Shown here: positions 49,861 through 63,955 of the stretch, one piece after another
How positions within the stretch are numbered: position 1 is the stretch's first letter
How the letters are laid out: the number at the start of each line of letters is the position of its first letter
Assembly (NCBI GenBank): GCA_050575255.1
Contig: JBNZDD010013686.1
Location: 5,173,794-5,237,793 of the forward strand
Reading direction: 5' to 3'
DNA from: Harriotta raleighana
Lineage: Eukaryota
DNA: 64,000 bases
Translations under genes and position numbers: made by a program
Notes under the pieces: generated by a model
The model's database searches: none
Seen by the model: the letters and a program-made list of their open reading frames with translations, nothing else
What the model was told of the DNA's origin: nothing

Positions 49861-52800
49861 TCTCCCCTGATCTTAAGATAAATTTGCACGTCTCCTCCTT
49901 GAAGCTTGCAAGAAGCTGGATTTCTTCATTTAAGTTAAAGTGTAAAGTCAATCCCATGGAAATATTTTGAAAGTTGTGTGATTCCATTAGATAAATTAGC
50001 AAAATACCAGAGGGAGAGTGTTGCTTTGCTACTTTAAAATATATCCATGGGAGGGTCATCAGAAGGCAACTCAGAGCCAATCCTGGATAGATACAAGAGA
50101 AAGCTACCACCTTTCCATTAACTCTGACCTCCATTCTCTCTCTCTCTCTTTTTGCCTCTCAGATCATTATTTTCATACAGTATTACTATGGTCCATATTA
50201 TTTCACCCATGTCTCTCTCAGACTTCATGCTCATTCTTCTCCCTACATCCATAATGACTTGTCATCACACCATCTCCCACTCTAACTCAATCTTTCCCAG
50301 TGGGCCTCTTTAATCCTTTCCTCCAACAATCCAACAGTCTTGCAAATACCAAACTGTGGAATAATCTAACCACATCTTCTTGATTTCTCATTTTCCCCTC
50401 CACCCTTTTTTCACTTGCTGTACTGAACTATCGGGTCCTGGCCCTTCACCTAGTTCCTCAGTGTAAAAAAATTCCAACAATTCATCCTATAAAAATGAAA
50501 GGATTAACAAGTATGCAAAGGCAGTCCAAAGAGCTGCTGAGCCAGGAATGTCCCCTGGATCAGATTGAAGAACTGGAATGTTAGTCATGGGCAAGAATTC
50601 AAGCTGCTCTCATGCCAGCCTGACAAGGACTGAACGATCGCTAGGAATGAGGTCATAACAATTCCCTCCAATGACATCATTGTAACCCATATAACACTAT
50701 AAATCTGTAATACAATTGGCAAGTTTTAGGTGGACTTTTGGGAGTGTTGGAATTCTCCGGACTTCAGCCACAGCTGAAATCATTTGTAACGCAAGAGATA
50801 TTCGATGGGTGCCCAGTTAAGAATGCGAAAAGTTTGTATTTTTTTCCACCTCCCCTATGGCTCAGATGGTAAACATTACCTTGTGGTGTAACGCTGAGCC
50901 ATACTGAGCCAGAACAACTTTCAGATACAACACTTCGGTCTGTGCTGAGCTGGTGATCAATAAGTAAGCCAGGACAATTGAATTCAATTGAATTCAATGT
51001 CCTGGAGTCACAGTTCCCATTGCCAGCGATTGCTCGTCAGCAATGGCTGCTGTGTATGTATGTGCCTGTGTGGCAGCCAGTTGTGGAAGCCTTCACAGTT
51101 GAATGTATAATAATAATCCTTGCAATTGACATAGTGCCTTTCACGTCATCGAGACTTCGCAAAGCACTTCACAGGATATGCTGAGAAGTTGTTTTAACTG
51201 TATTTTTTTGGGGTGGTAGGAGGGCAGAAGCGTGGCAGCTAGTTTGTGCACAGTAATGTTCCACACACTGCCATGAAGCGAATGACCCTTGAAAATGGAT
51301 GCTGGGTTCCCTGGTGGGTTAAAGCCATTATGGATTGTGAAACTCACCCATACAGACCAGGTTAGTAAGGTCCCAGGTTCGATCTACAGTCTGTGTGTGC
51401 TGCACTAGCTACTCTAGAAGAACCAGTTTTGACACCCCCACTCACTCCTTAAGCAGTGGTGAGCAGTGAAAAATCCATGTGAGTGTATGTCAGGGGAGGA
51501 CAGGATTCACACAGAGAGGGAACTGTTAGAAACCTCTCAGACAAAAAAAAAAGAATTAGAAAACTTTCCATTTTCAGCTCCTTGAGAGGGGCCAGGAAAC
51601 GGCGAGCAGTTCAATTTACGACAGTCACATTTACCAGAACATTCAGTTTTTTTTAATAAAAAGTGAAGATAGCGATTGGAGAACAGAGAGTTTGCGAATC
51701 CCTCCTCCCCCCCACCCCCCACTCCCCCACTGCCCCTAAACCGAGTCGAATTCAAAGGCAGTCGCTTTCTATTTTCCCACCACCAACCTTTTAAAAACAA
51801 AAACAGCAAGTTGTCAAGCTGAGGATCTCGTTTCTCCATTATCTTTTGGGCAGAAACTATTAGTCACTCTTCCCCATAGCAGCCACCCAAAATAAAGGAC
51901 AGCCAAGTAGAGCAGCAGCAGCGTCTTACGCGCATTCTAACACACATTTCATTTCAGGACAATCAAATGATGCATATGGTTTAGATTCTCGGGAGGCGCA
52001 TTTTGTTTTTTCCACCCCAATCTGAATGCTCCTGCTGTTTCAGAGCCTCGCTCGCTCGCTGTACATAAGAGTTGGGAGCTGGAGTCTCGGCCAAGTTCAA
52101 GTGAAGGAACACTTGGAACTGTGGACAGTACGGTGCCTCAGCATTTCCCGTTACTAAAAGCAGTCGAACTAGCGAGCAACAAACAGATGGAAAACATTTA
52201 AATGTTTCCCCTCCACCAAGTTGTTTCACTCGAGAGCCAGCAACCTTGCAAAAGCAAATCACAACGTCATCAAAAAAAATGAGAGAGAGATACAGAGAGA
52301 GAGAGAGAGCTTAAAAAAAAGTAGCATTGTTGTAGGAAGGGCTGATCCGATCAGACAAGTGTACCTGGCTGGAGATTGTGTACAGATTAAAATATGTCCT
52401 TTCTCCTCTGCTGTGTTGCTGCTGTGTGCTGTGTTCAAATACTCTCTGGCAATACCCTGTGTGAGGGGCTTTTGTATAAATGCAAGTTGCAAGTTGTGTT
52501 TTGGTGGCTNTCAAATACTCTCTGGCAATACCCTCTGTGAGGGGCTTTTGTATAAATGCAAGTTGCAAGTTGTGTTTTGGTGGCTCTTTACCCTCTAAAT
52601 TAAGCTGCTAAATTGTTGTTTATGTCTCAAGCATACGCGTAAACAGTTCTTGGCGTCCAGTGTGAGACGAGCATCTCACTGGTGTAAAATCCAATAAAAA
52701 GGGCTTGAGGTTACTGAGCTGGGAGGTATTTTTGGGGGGAGTTTGTGTGCACACAACGTGGACATTTGTGAAAGGAACCCAGTGTCGGATGGGAAGTTTG

Positions 52801-53629
52801 ATTAACATTCAACTTGTTTTTAAAGATTGCTGAATTAACAAGCCAGTGAGTGTTCTTGAACAAACACCTCCAATAGCGAAACCTCTCTTGCCCCCCCCCA
52901 CCTCACGTTTTTGACACTATGGGGGTGGTGGTGGGCGGGGGGGAGGGGGCGTGTGGGTGGTGTGGTAGAGGGAAACAAGAAAAATACCAACTAAAATTAC
53001 TATTTCACTAAGTGCAGCGTTATTTCTGACGATCGCTGATTAAATTCCAGTCATTTTACAGACACAATGGCTGTAAATTTGATCCTTCAGTGCTAAAATT
53101 ATACATCTACATTCAGTTTAATACCTGGAAATTAAGTTTAAAAAAAACTCATTCACTTAGTGGTTCAGATTGCCAATAAAACCTCGTCTGAATCATTTAC
53201 TAAAATTGTTCTGTAAATCACTCACACCTTCTTATTCTCTGTGTCTGAGAAAATTCACATTATATACGTCAAGTGTAATTACCTTACTAATTACTGAACC
53301 ATTAATATCCTACACATTTCAATAAAATTGTGTTTTTTTAAATCTGTCTTCTCTACATGCTCTGCCTAGTTGTTAATCATACCCACTGCATTTCATGTAG
53401 TACCTATAATCTGAAAACATCTTGAACGCTTTCATCGGGAATTTCTCTCAAGTCTTTGTAAGAAAATGTAGCAACATCCCACAAACAGCCATGAAGCGAA
53501 GAATCAATTTATCCAGAAGATTGTTGGCCAGGATCCTGAGAGAAGCAACCTTCCCTTTTCTAGAAGTTATGAAACTTGTAATTTGTTGTTGTTGTTGTTT
53601 CAGCGCCTTGGGACGTCCTCCCAACGTAA

Positions 53630-53940
53630 AGTCCTGTAGTTCAGTAGTTAGAGCACTTACAAGTGAGACACCCGGCTTCAATTTCAGGCAGGGCGAAACC
53701 TTGGGCAAATTTCCCTACTCCACACGCCTGATAATAATCCCATCAGAAAAAAACCCAATAATAAATTGGTCACTTCAACCGACTCATCCTGTTTGTGGCA
53801 CATTGCTGTGTGCAATTGGCTGCTGCGTTTCACCCACATATAAACAGTCAATTCACTTTACAGTATATTCTGTGAAGCAGTTTGAGACGCCCAGAAGGAG
53901 TGAAAAGTGCAATAACAAATACAAGGATTATTATTATTAT
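53630..53940 (+). mobile_element. tRNA-derived SINE (family A) inserted inside an L2 tail
   Basis: Slightly 5'-truncated head; the two halves of the L2 tail lie at 53601-53630 and 53941-53975. Confidence 0.9.
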
Positions 53941-56900
53941 GAATGGAGCAATATAAATGGAATTTGTTGTTGTTGCGACATCAAGAAATGTTTACGGTCC
54001 ATCTGAACAAGCAGATATGACAGGATCTGGGTTTAACAGTCCGATCAGATGGATTGCACTTCTGACAATGCAGCATTGTACTGGTGTGTCATCCTGGATG
54101 ACATCCAGCTTTGTCCCTTTTTTAATACATATTTTCTTTTTTATATAAAAACACAAAAGGTTTTATTTTCATCAATGCTCTGGGAAATAATGTAACCTAA
54201 TGGAAGAAAAAAATACATGAAATCGGCAGCAGATTAGATAATATAGTCTGTGGTGGAGCCAGGAAGCTTGGGAATCGTACAGTGTAGCGTATGTCTGAGC
54301 GGGTAGTTCAGCTCCTGATCCTCAGAAGGCTGCTGACATTGTTGAGATAACAAAACAAACATGGAAATGTATTTTTAGTCTGCAATTTATTAGTCAACTG
54401 ACATTTGTACTCACTGGGGGGAAAAAAAAACGTAACCCTAACCCACTGAAGACTTAATGTACCATTTTGTCTGTTGGTTTAACATACTCGATCCAAATAT
54501 TCAGTGAAGCACAACCTTATTTTTCATTTGCAGTTTTCTGGGTCTCATGAAACGTAATATTAAATTACCAGTTGATTGTGTAAAATGATTGCTATTTAAA
54601 CTGAATGTTAGTGGCGTTGCCATCCACCGCAGGTCTCTTTTCCTACACCATTACACCCAAACCCAGGCACTGATTGATTTTTACAATAAAGAGGAGTTTT
54701 ACCCTTTGACCTTTACCCTTTTGAATTTCTGGATCCCACCCCTGAAATCAGACACTGACTGACACACGGGCTTAAGCCTCGCTTCTCAATGCAAACGTAA
54801 GCAGGTGCCAGTAGTTCAGTTCCGAGCACACAGAACGTAAACAGCAGTACACGGTCAGAAATACACGCCATTCACAATATCTCGGATTGTCCTGTCTGGG
54901 GAAATGTCAGCTGTAGGCAGACATCACTACTTTGGAATAATTTAATGGCTGCACACCAATTAGCTCAGCTCACTGACCCGCTGTCCCTATCCATCACATT
55001 AATTCAGCCTGGTGCCTCTCTTCCTTTGGCTGTCTGGTGCCTGGGATACAGGAAGGACCTGTCTGACTGCCCACTCCATCTCTCCCAGCAGCAAGACACA
55101 AGCCTATCCCCGAGCCGCAACTTCCACAGGAAGAGTCCGACTGCATCACTCTTCATTCGGGAACAAAGTCTGGGCTGGACTCAGTGGCAACACTGGTTAC
55201 ACCCGCCCTTCCTCAGCGAGTCAAAGTCAGACCTTTACAGAGAGAGAGATACAACAACAATGTAGTCTTTCTACAATGCAGCCTTATCTGTGGGTGTGAA
55301 GAGAATCAGCCAGTGAACTGTGTTTTCTTTAATTACGCATCTACTGGCTGCATTCCAATACATCTAACTCAAAGCTCCCATTTTACATGGAAAGGTTCGG
55401 GTGCTGATTGGAATTTTAAAAGGTTAGCGTGTTAATGATGGGGATCCCCTTTATTCTAATATTATTACTGGCATCTACACCACACTGCTGATGTGAACTA
55501 GCCCTCACCGGATTCCACGCATGTAAATGAAAGATCCCACAAAACCACTGCCGCCACTTGTAACCTTGCATGTAGGCGCACACATGTTTACGCAATGCAA
55601 CATCAAATCAAGCTGAATAGTGGGTGGATGCATACTCTTGTGCTCTTCACACAAATGACAATTATAATTCGATCATGGGCAGGCCGAAGGAAGCCATCTG
55701 AACAGCTAAAAGCTACTGGAAAANAACTACAGAAGACATACACACACACATACACACACTGTTCCAGTCAACCTCAAAACAACATCTCCAAGTTCTGCAT
55801 GGGCTCTTGAGGCAGGAGGAAGACACAAGGCTGAATTTTCTCTCTTGAACAAAAAATATAACACTTTTTTTTAAATGCACATAACATAATCCAACACTTC
55901 ACCTCATTGCCAGAACGATCCTCCATGTGTCAAACCCCATGTTAAAAATGCACGCCTTGTTCATTATTGTTTTAAATGCCAGTGCTGTCAGATTCTAATC
56001 CTTTCATTAGTTTGCAGTGCAATTCTAATACTCTATGGAGCGAGTACTTGAACTGCTAACACACTAAACACATGCATCAGTGACCACACCAGATAGCTAA
56101 AGTTATCAACATTTTCTATTTAAGGTCAGATCCATTAGACTCTTATTGGCTTTATTGCACGCTTCCCCTCACAGACACACACACACACAAAACGTGGACA
56201 GTGTCCTGATTCCCAATATAAACAGACAGTTGTTTATATTGTAAATAGGGCTTTTGGACTATTGTCTTGAAGGTATTATAAGATTAGAAGGATATTGGTT
56301 AAGGGTGTAAATACCAGAGAGGAGGAGCGTAGTGGTGTATGCATGGGCTAAATTCCTGCATTACTTGCCATTTTCATCCAATAAAAACTATTGTAAGGAG
56401 ACTATTGTGAGAACAACTGCAACATCACTAAACTTCTGCCAATACCTTGCCTACCAACCAAGCCAGACACAGAACCTCAAAAGTCGTTATAGTGAGGTAA
56501 AATGAAATTGTGGAAGAAAGGGTGAGAGAGTCAGTCACACACCTAGCGAGCAACAACAATAATAATAATCCTTGCATTTGATATAGTGCCTTTCACATCT
56601 TCTAAACGTCTCAAAAGGGCTTCCCAGAATATACTGTAAAGTGAATTGACTGTATATTTGTGGCAGTAGCCAATTAACAATGGGACTTGTGCAAGTGAGG
56701 ATGATAAAACCTAGGAACCACGATTTAGCAAATCCTGGGTAGACTATAAAGCGCTCACTTGTGAATGAATCTGTGAAATTATGTGCCCTGTGGAGAAGGC
56801 ATGAAACTGTACCGAATGTGAGAGTTTCATTATATTTCACAGAATGTTAGCACCACCAGGAAAATACAGTACTGTATGTACAACGACCACACACAGATTC

Positions 56901-58251
56901 TTCACTTTAAATTTGCCTAAAAGACGAGACCAGTTGAAGAAAGATGAAATCCTGACTGCCCAATAAAAGCAAACTCACTTTGTGAGTCCCTCCCCTCCCC
57001 GGAGAGCAGCTTTGAGAAAAAAAGCACTTGCTTCCCAAAACTCCACTGTGAAACTGCGTCTTCCATTAAAGCATTTCAACAGTATAAAGTCATAATGTAA
57101 TATCGTGTAAAACTTTATAGGAAAATGAGTCCACTACAAACACGAGCCACTGCTAAACTCTCTGGGCACCGATTTTTCCCCTTTACAGCTTGGAGCATCC
57201 AACCATTTTACACCGTGTTCTGTTACGAAAAATACTTTCTGAACATCTGTGAGATGAGTGTCTATTTATCCAGATTTCCCCTGGATTCAGAGAGAATGAT
57301 AATCGGCAAAACAGAAGGAATCAAAATCGCGTTGATGTCATTTCAAGAGGACAGCTTTTTAAAAAAAAACCATCTTTTTAAAAAAGAAATCAATCAAAAA
57401 TGTTTAACCTTGCTTTTTTTTCTCCCCATTTTGAAACAGCAACAGTATTCCTTCCTGTCCTCAAACAACACTTTCTGCAAAATGAAACCACAACGGTGTA
57501 ACTCTAATTCGGTCTGCATTACTGTGATCTGTGCATTTGCCAATTATGTAAAGTCTAGAATTATAAAACTCATCTTGGAAAGAAAACACAAAGGGGCTTC
57601 TGTGTGATTTTTACACAGCTGCATAGCCCGTCATTATTGCTTTACACTGAGCACTGACTCCTATCCACAGGGGAACAGGATCGTTCACTATAAATGAGAA
57701 AGGAGGGGACTACGTAATTCCAGTTTTAAATAGGCTCTGTAGGGAATCACAGCAATGAATTGTAGTGCAGTTTACAGTATTTGACTAATTCTCTACCTGT
57801 GATCAGACTGAATGGTTTAACTATATAGGATTAGTCTGCTCACAACAGGAAATCTATGTTGTTATTGGACTTATTGAAGAGCATTTGAAGTCCAGAAGTT
57901 TCTGAAATTGGGGGATTGAGCTCTGAATGAACAGATCTGAACAGTGCAGAAAAAAAGCCAAGGCAAAAGCTCCGAGCAGTTTTGGCTGGCACTGAGGAGC
58001 GAGATTCGTGATCAGCATGAGTAACAACAACAACAACAAAATTAGACACAGATCTCAAACTAATTTGAACATATGGAGCAGTGTTTATTCTTCTGAGCGA
58101 GATGTCAAAATAGGTTACATTTTAAACCGCAATGAGCAACAGCCATTCCTAATGAGTGAACCCTGGAAACTTGGCCTGAAACGATGTTTGCTGATGTTTA
58201 TGTATACATATATATAATATAAACACACATAAACATTTTATATATATATAT

Positions 58252-58650
58252 TCCCAATTACCCCAGTCCTCACCAGACTTCACTGGCTCCATGTCACAGA
58301 GCGGATTGACTTCAAGATCCTCACTCTTGTGTTCAAATCCCCCCACTCCTCCCCCTCCTACCTCTCCAACCTCCTCTCTCCTCACAGCAGTACCCACTGT
58401 CTCCGCTCTACTGAGTCTGGCCTCCTCCTTGTCCCATGAATCCTTCACCATTGGCAGCCGTGCCTTCAGCCACTACACCCCAAAACTCAGGAACTCCCTC
58501 CCTCAATCCTTCTGCCTCACCCCCTCCTTTTCCATTTTCAGGTTGCACTTGAAAACCTTTCTATTCGACTGTACCTATACAGCGCCTTGGGACGTCCTCC
58601 TGACGTGAAACGCGCTCTATAAATGTAATTTTGTTGTTGTTGTTGTTGTT
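58252..58650 (+). mobile_element. L2-clade LINE 3' end
   Basis: PITPVLTRLHWLHVTERIDFKILTLVFKS (the L2 HITP..LHWLP..RI.FK motif), then stem-loop tail and (GTT)n; a second short 3' piece follows at 58655-58760. Confidence 0.9.
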
Positions 58651-59188
58651 GTATGTTCACCTTCCTCCTCCCTCTGGCTCAGCCCCGGGTTCCGCTATTG
58701 TGAAGCGCTCTGAGACGCCGCCTGGTGTGGAGGGCACTATATAAATTCCAGTTGTTCTTGTAATATATTTCAATGATTTTACAATTTTCTTGACTGGCCA
58801 CAGGAATAAGAACATTTCTCAGTATCATTCAACTGTCCACATTTTAAATGGGTGTTGGGTAATCAAATTGTTCACCAAAACTAGAAGCCCTGCCTAGAGA
58901 CTCTCTCAATCCAGTGACTAAAGCTAAACTGCTCTGTTTCAGGATTTCAGCAAGTTGGCATGAAGCCCACTTATTGTCGCTTTACACAGTACTTGTTTGT
59001 CTCTTCCAGCGAAAGGGACGAAGCAAATAAGAGGCGGACTGGAGCACTCTAAAAGACTATAATGCAGACATACATTAGTAGTGTTATCAGTGCCCCTCAC
59101 TGTTTCACTGTTTTAAAGACATTCCATTCACATTTCACATGTACTATGTGTTTGATTGTGAACCCTTCTCCATTCTTGGCTTGTATCT

Positions 59189-59508
59189 TGTGGAGCTCCT
59201 GTGGCTCAGCGGTTACAACTGTGAGACCTGTGTTCGAATCCAGGCAGATCAGGGCAAAACCTTGGGCAAGTTTCCTTACTCCGTATGCCTAATAATAATC
59301 CCTCCCCAAAAAATCACAATAATAAAATTGGTCATTTCAATCCATGACTGTTTTGTGGGGACGCTGCTGTGTGCAAATGGCCGCCGCGTTCCGTCCACAA
59401 ATATAGAGTCAATTCACTTTACACTATATTCTCTGAAGCGCTTTGGGACGTCGAAAAGATGTGAAAAGCGCTATATCAAATGCAAGGATTATTAGTATTA
59501 GTATTATT
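59189..59508 (+). mobile_element. tRNA-derived SINE (family A), full length
   Basis: tgtggagctcctgtggctcagcgg...gttcgaatcc...aagcgctttgggacgtcgaaaagatgtgaaaagcgct. Confidence 0.92.
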
Positions 59509-62500
59509 GTGGTTACTGTTGCAAATTCCCATTTTACTGCCATTCATAGGCACAAAGGCCTTGAGGTTGAGGGAATTGTAACCAATTCTGTACCATACTT
59601 TAACGGGATGTTTTACGACTATTATTATTTTATACTGCTGTAGCGTAGCGAGGACTGACCGCACCACGCCACATCTGTTCCTCCTGAGCTGCAAGAAGCT
59701 TCACCGCTAGAAATAAGGCGATGGCCTCCAAGTGCCCTTTAACACTCTGCTGACTCCCAGCATCTATCTCAGAGAGAAATGTGAGCCGGCAACTGTGCAC
59801 GGACTGGAAAAAGGCGTCAGCATAACTGATGCCGCTTTCATCGTGGATTCATATTTTTGAACCTCCAAATAAATAAAAGACTTAACTTACTTCCCTCCTG
59901 GTACAATTCAAATTGTTTTTAAACACGGATCTACTGCCTCGCCGGGCCGATGTAAAACGCCTTTTTAGTGGGGATTTTGAAGCTCTTTTCATTCGAGGCA
60001 CGAGAAACATAAAGTTATATAAGGTATTTAGCAGACGTACGGTTTTGAATAAAAATATTGTTTGCGAGTAAACGTTTATGTGACTGCGGTTTCTGTATCA
60101 ATCAGAGGGCTGTTTAGCTACACTCGCGCTCCCTTGGGAATGCTTTCCCACCAGGGTCGATTAATGAATGTTCTGTGGGATTTTGCAGTTTAAATCTCTG
60201 ACAACAACGGAAACTTTGCCTTTACAGATCTACCCCATTAGATATTTCTAATGAGCAGCAAGTTTGTGCAGTCTCAACTGCAATAGAATCCGTTTACTGA
60301 AGACACGAATAATCGGGAAAATAAAAACAACATATCAAAATAACAAAGTCTATTAAATACACAAGAGAAACTTCAGGAGTGCATTTTTTGGCGCTTATGT
60401 AATTTAAATGGATGCCATGTTTCTTGCTGAACCAAAACATATTTTACTTAAGTAAGTGTGTTTAAAAAAAGGGGAGTGTGATTTGCAGTCTCTATACAAC
60501 CTTCACTAATTAACTGGATAGAGGAAACAAACCTCACATTGTAAAGGAATACAATGTAGGAAGTGATTCTTAAACTGGAAAGTCTGGCGAGGACTTATTA
60601 TCATAACAATTCCATTGACCCGCCTGCTTAAAACATAGAGGCTTTTTAAATGACTTCTAGTAAACTGACTAAAAGTACAACTCTATCCGTTTACTATAAT
60701 GAAAAGTAGATCAGATCAAATGTCTCAACGAGGTGAAGTCTAGCCATTAGAAGCTGGAGTGATTGATATTTAAACTCTGGTTCATCCCAAGGCTTCTGGG
60801 CACACAAAGGTCCTACACAGCTAATGAAACTGTGTGTCTGTTTCGCATCCTTTTCACAACGGAGGCTTTCATGAAACAGAGCAAGTTCCTGTTTACAATA
60901 ACTACTGTTTCCCCACCCACCTGCTCTGCTCAAAATTTCTCCAAAAACCCAATGCTCATGTTCTGACTTCTGCCTGTTCAGATGTGTATGACACCGGGAA
61001 ACTGAAAGCAGATTTTTTTTTCCCTTTTCAAAGAAAGTGTTTATTCCTGGTACTAATGAGTTTTATACACCCTTACGGTAAAACTACTACTGTGCTAGGG
61101 GATGACTGATTGTATATATATATTTTTTTAAATACTTGTTTTTCTCTCTGTCTGATGTCACGTAAAAAACACTGTTTTGTTCATTGACTTTGACCAATTC
61201 AAGTAAAGAATCTTTCTTTCAGCTCAAAGTGCAACAACCTCCAACGTTTTCAAGAGTTTGCCAGCTTAGATCGCATTTCACTTTGATGTGGTAAAAAAGC
61301 CTTAATCACAAACATCACCACATTAAGGATTCAACTCCACACTGGAATTCAAGTTTCTAGGACCTGGGCTGCCAAGATCTGATCGTTTAACGTCAGAATT
61401 ATTTAAAAATTGAGGGTTTCTTTCACTGATGTGTCACATTAAATGTGCAAAAATGACTTTCAGTTGAAGAACATAAACATATGTTGTTGTTTTAAGAGAA
61501 AAGAAAGCTAACTTTAAAATGGGCGGTTTCAATGCCCTAATGTTTCATTGCTAACTTTCGTCAGTTTCCTTGGAATCTATCTCTTTACTGTTTCTGTTCC
61601 TCACTTTCCCTCCTACGTCCGTGGGGGCGGAAAGAAAACCGAAATGTAACTTTCAAGAGCGAAACTACTCAGTCAGAGCAGAGAGCGAGTGAGAGGAGTG
61701 GGGGTAAATCACTACCTTACCTCCCTCCTCTAACACTCCCTGCCCTCCACCCTCCCTGATCCCAACCCCCAAATTCCTGACTATCCAGCACCTTGGGACA
61801 TCCTCCTGATGGGAAAGCTACACAAATTTATCCACACCTAATTCTCCACTTCTAAAACTTCCTTCTTTATCCCTCCTGCACCACCGCCCCGCCACACCCC
61901 CCTACCAACCACGTGATGCCCCATCTGAGAATCTGCTCACTTACCCTCCCAGAATACCCCCATCGTGACTGCCCCCCCTTATCTTCACAGGATACTCACT
62001 TGAGAACTATCCTGCCCCTTGCCTCAAACCATTGTTCTATCTGATAATTTACCCCTTTTGTGCATCTTGGGAAGTTATACCATTCGATTCCAAGCTACTT
62101 GGCTGAAGAATTTGCTCCCTTTGAACAATTAAATAGTGCCCTACCCGACAATCTCTCCCATTCCCCTCAGTATCAGTCTCAGCCACTATCAAAAGTCCAA
62201 AGAGCGGATGCATTGAGATGCTGGCGACTGCCTCGAAGTCAACACACATCCCCTGCCTGCCCAGAAGGTTTTATTTTGATAAGCCATCAAATAGCAAAGC
62301 TTTAGCAATATTCAACAATGTCAGAAGTGCAGAACCTTTTCTGCAGCTTAATTGGGATTTCTTTTTATTGCCAGGGAAAGGAGAGGAGGGAAAATCAGTT
62401 CATTCTTTCACCAGGACAGCGCAGTTTCATGAACCCTAAAGCAATGCTTTCCCAATTATGCTTTGAACAAGAGTAATGTGGAGGTCCAGGCGATTATTTA

Positions 62501-63639
62501 ATGAAAAGATTCTACAAAAGTTCTTCTGTGCAGCTGAATGGGCAGCGTCTTTAATACCGAGTGAGTGCAGTGCCTCGGGCAACGCTGCTATCGACATGAA
62601 AACCAACCAAATGACCACTGAGCAAGTCATTTCTAACACCGGGGAGAGAAAACAAGAAGCCAACCCTCTAACTCATTGCTCCCAGACAGCACTGATTCAT
62701 CATCCTTTATTCGTCTATTCAAAGGCATTCAATTAGCTGCAGGGGCTGCTGCTGTGGTTCAGAAGCTGCATACACCCTCACACCCTCAAAAAGCTCACAG
62801 TCTGCCTGCCATTGGAATTGCCACAGCCCTTTGAAATCAAATCCTTTCTCTCTCTCTCTCTCTAGCATGTTTCAAGAGGTTTATTCCACAGTTCAAATGT
62901 CCAGCAGCCATTACAAAATCAGGATTTGGGGATGGCGGGGAGGGGGAGAGAAGAGGAGTTAGAAGAATTATTTTTTAATTCTGCTAACAACCCTAGAAAA
63001 GGCTACACTTTCCTTAAAGCCCAAGAAAACTGAGTGTTGTGAATGGACATTCGCTCATTCAACAGAACAAATGCACTAAGACATTCGTTTCTGAACATTC
63101 TCAGTCACCTCACTAATGATAGAAAAAGATATATATAATATATACGTTTTTAAATACAGGAAGGTTGTAATTGTTTTGTGAGCATTAAGACAGCGAAGGA
63201 GCATAATTTGTTTGTTAAAGAGATCATCTTCCCATTAGGAAAGCTTGCAGAACCAACAAAAAAAAACCCCGCACAGCAAATGAGTTTCAGGGCCCAGGCA
63301 ACAGCTGCTGGCTGTGTATTCACTGCCTGCTCCAGAGATCAGATTTCATGCTTTTTTGTTCCCTCTCCAGCTGGCCAGCTTCCACATTCCTCCACCCATA
63401 AAACTCTAACTCACTGTAAACTTTGGCCTCTCTGCTGCTCTGCTTGTGTCATTCCCAGAAACAGAAACCAAGCGCAGGCATTAGGAATCGAGAGCAAAAA
63501 TGCCCCTGTTTCAAAACGTTTTTCCTATATGATCCTGTTTTTTCTACAATAACCAGAGATGGGAAGTCTTCATTCTGTTCATTGCTACTTTTTTTGTCTC
63601 TTTAATTACTTGCGTTCGACTGAAGGTTCCAATTGCCAA

Positions 63640-63955
63640 TCTCCGTATTTGATATATCGCATCGAAAACGTCTCAAAACGCCTCACAAGAATTTTTGCTT
63701 TTAAGGTGTAGTGGTCGAGAATTTGTAGACGGAGTGGCAACCAATTTGCGCTCAACAATGTCCCACAAAGAACTGTGAAGTGAATAACATTGTTTTCTCT
63801 CTCATCTCATCCAAAGGACAGCACCTTGGATAATGCAGTGATCCACAGCACTGCTTTGAAGTGTCAACATAGATTATGATCTGAAAGTCCAGAGGTAGAG
63901 GCTTGAATGTCTGACTTGGAGGCGAACACACAACCAACTGAGACAAGCTGACACT
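63640..63955 (-). mobile_element. Deu-type SINE, internally deleted copy
   Basis: tctcatccaaaggacagcacc...cagcactgctttgaagtgtca...ctgacttggaggcg aligns by eye with 28730-28890. Confidence 0.65.

Noticed and set aside
53422-54006. 194-aa ORF (also 59139-59495, 25671-26210)
   Set aside because: These are translations running through SINE copies, not genes.
54945-55435. GC-richer stretch with overlapping ORFs and a good minus-strand acceptor near 55233
   Set aside because: All three minus frames stop shortly after the acceptor, and the plus-strand peptides are unrecognisable.
36212-56413. RBPJ/CSL motifs (TGTGGGAA, TGTGAGAA) in introns of a Notch-related gene
   Set aside because: About three hits in 20 kb is roughly chance expectation, and they are not paired.
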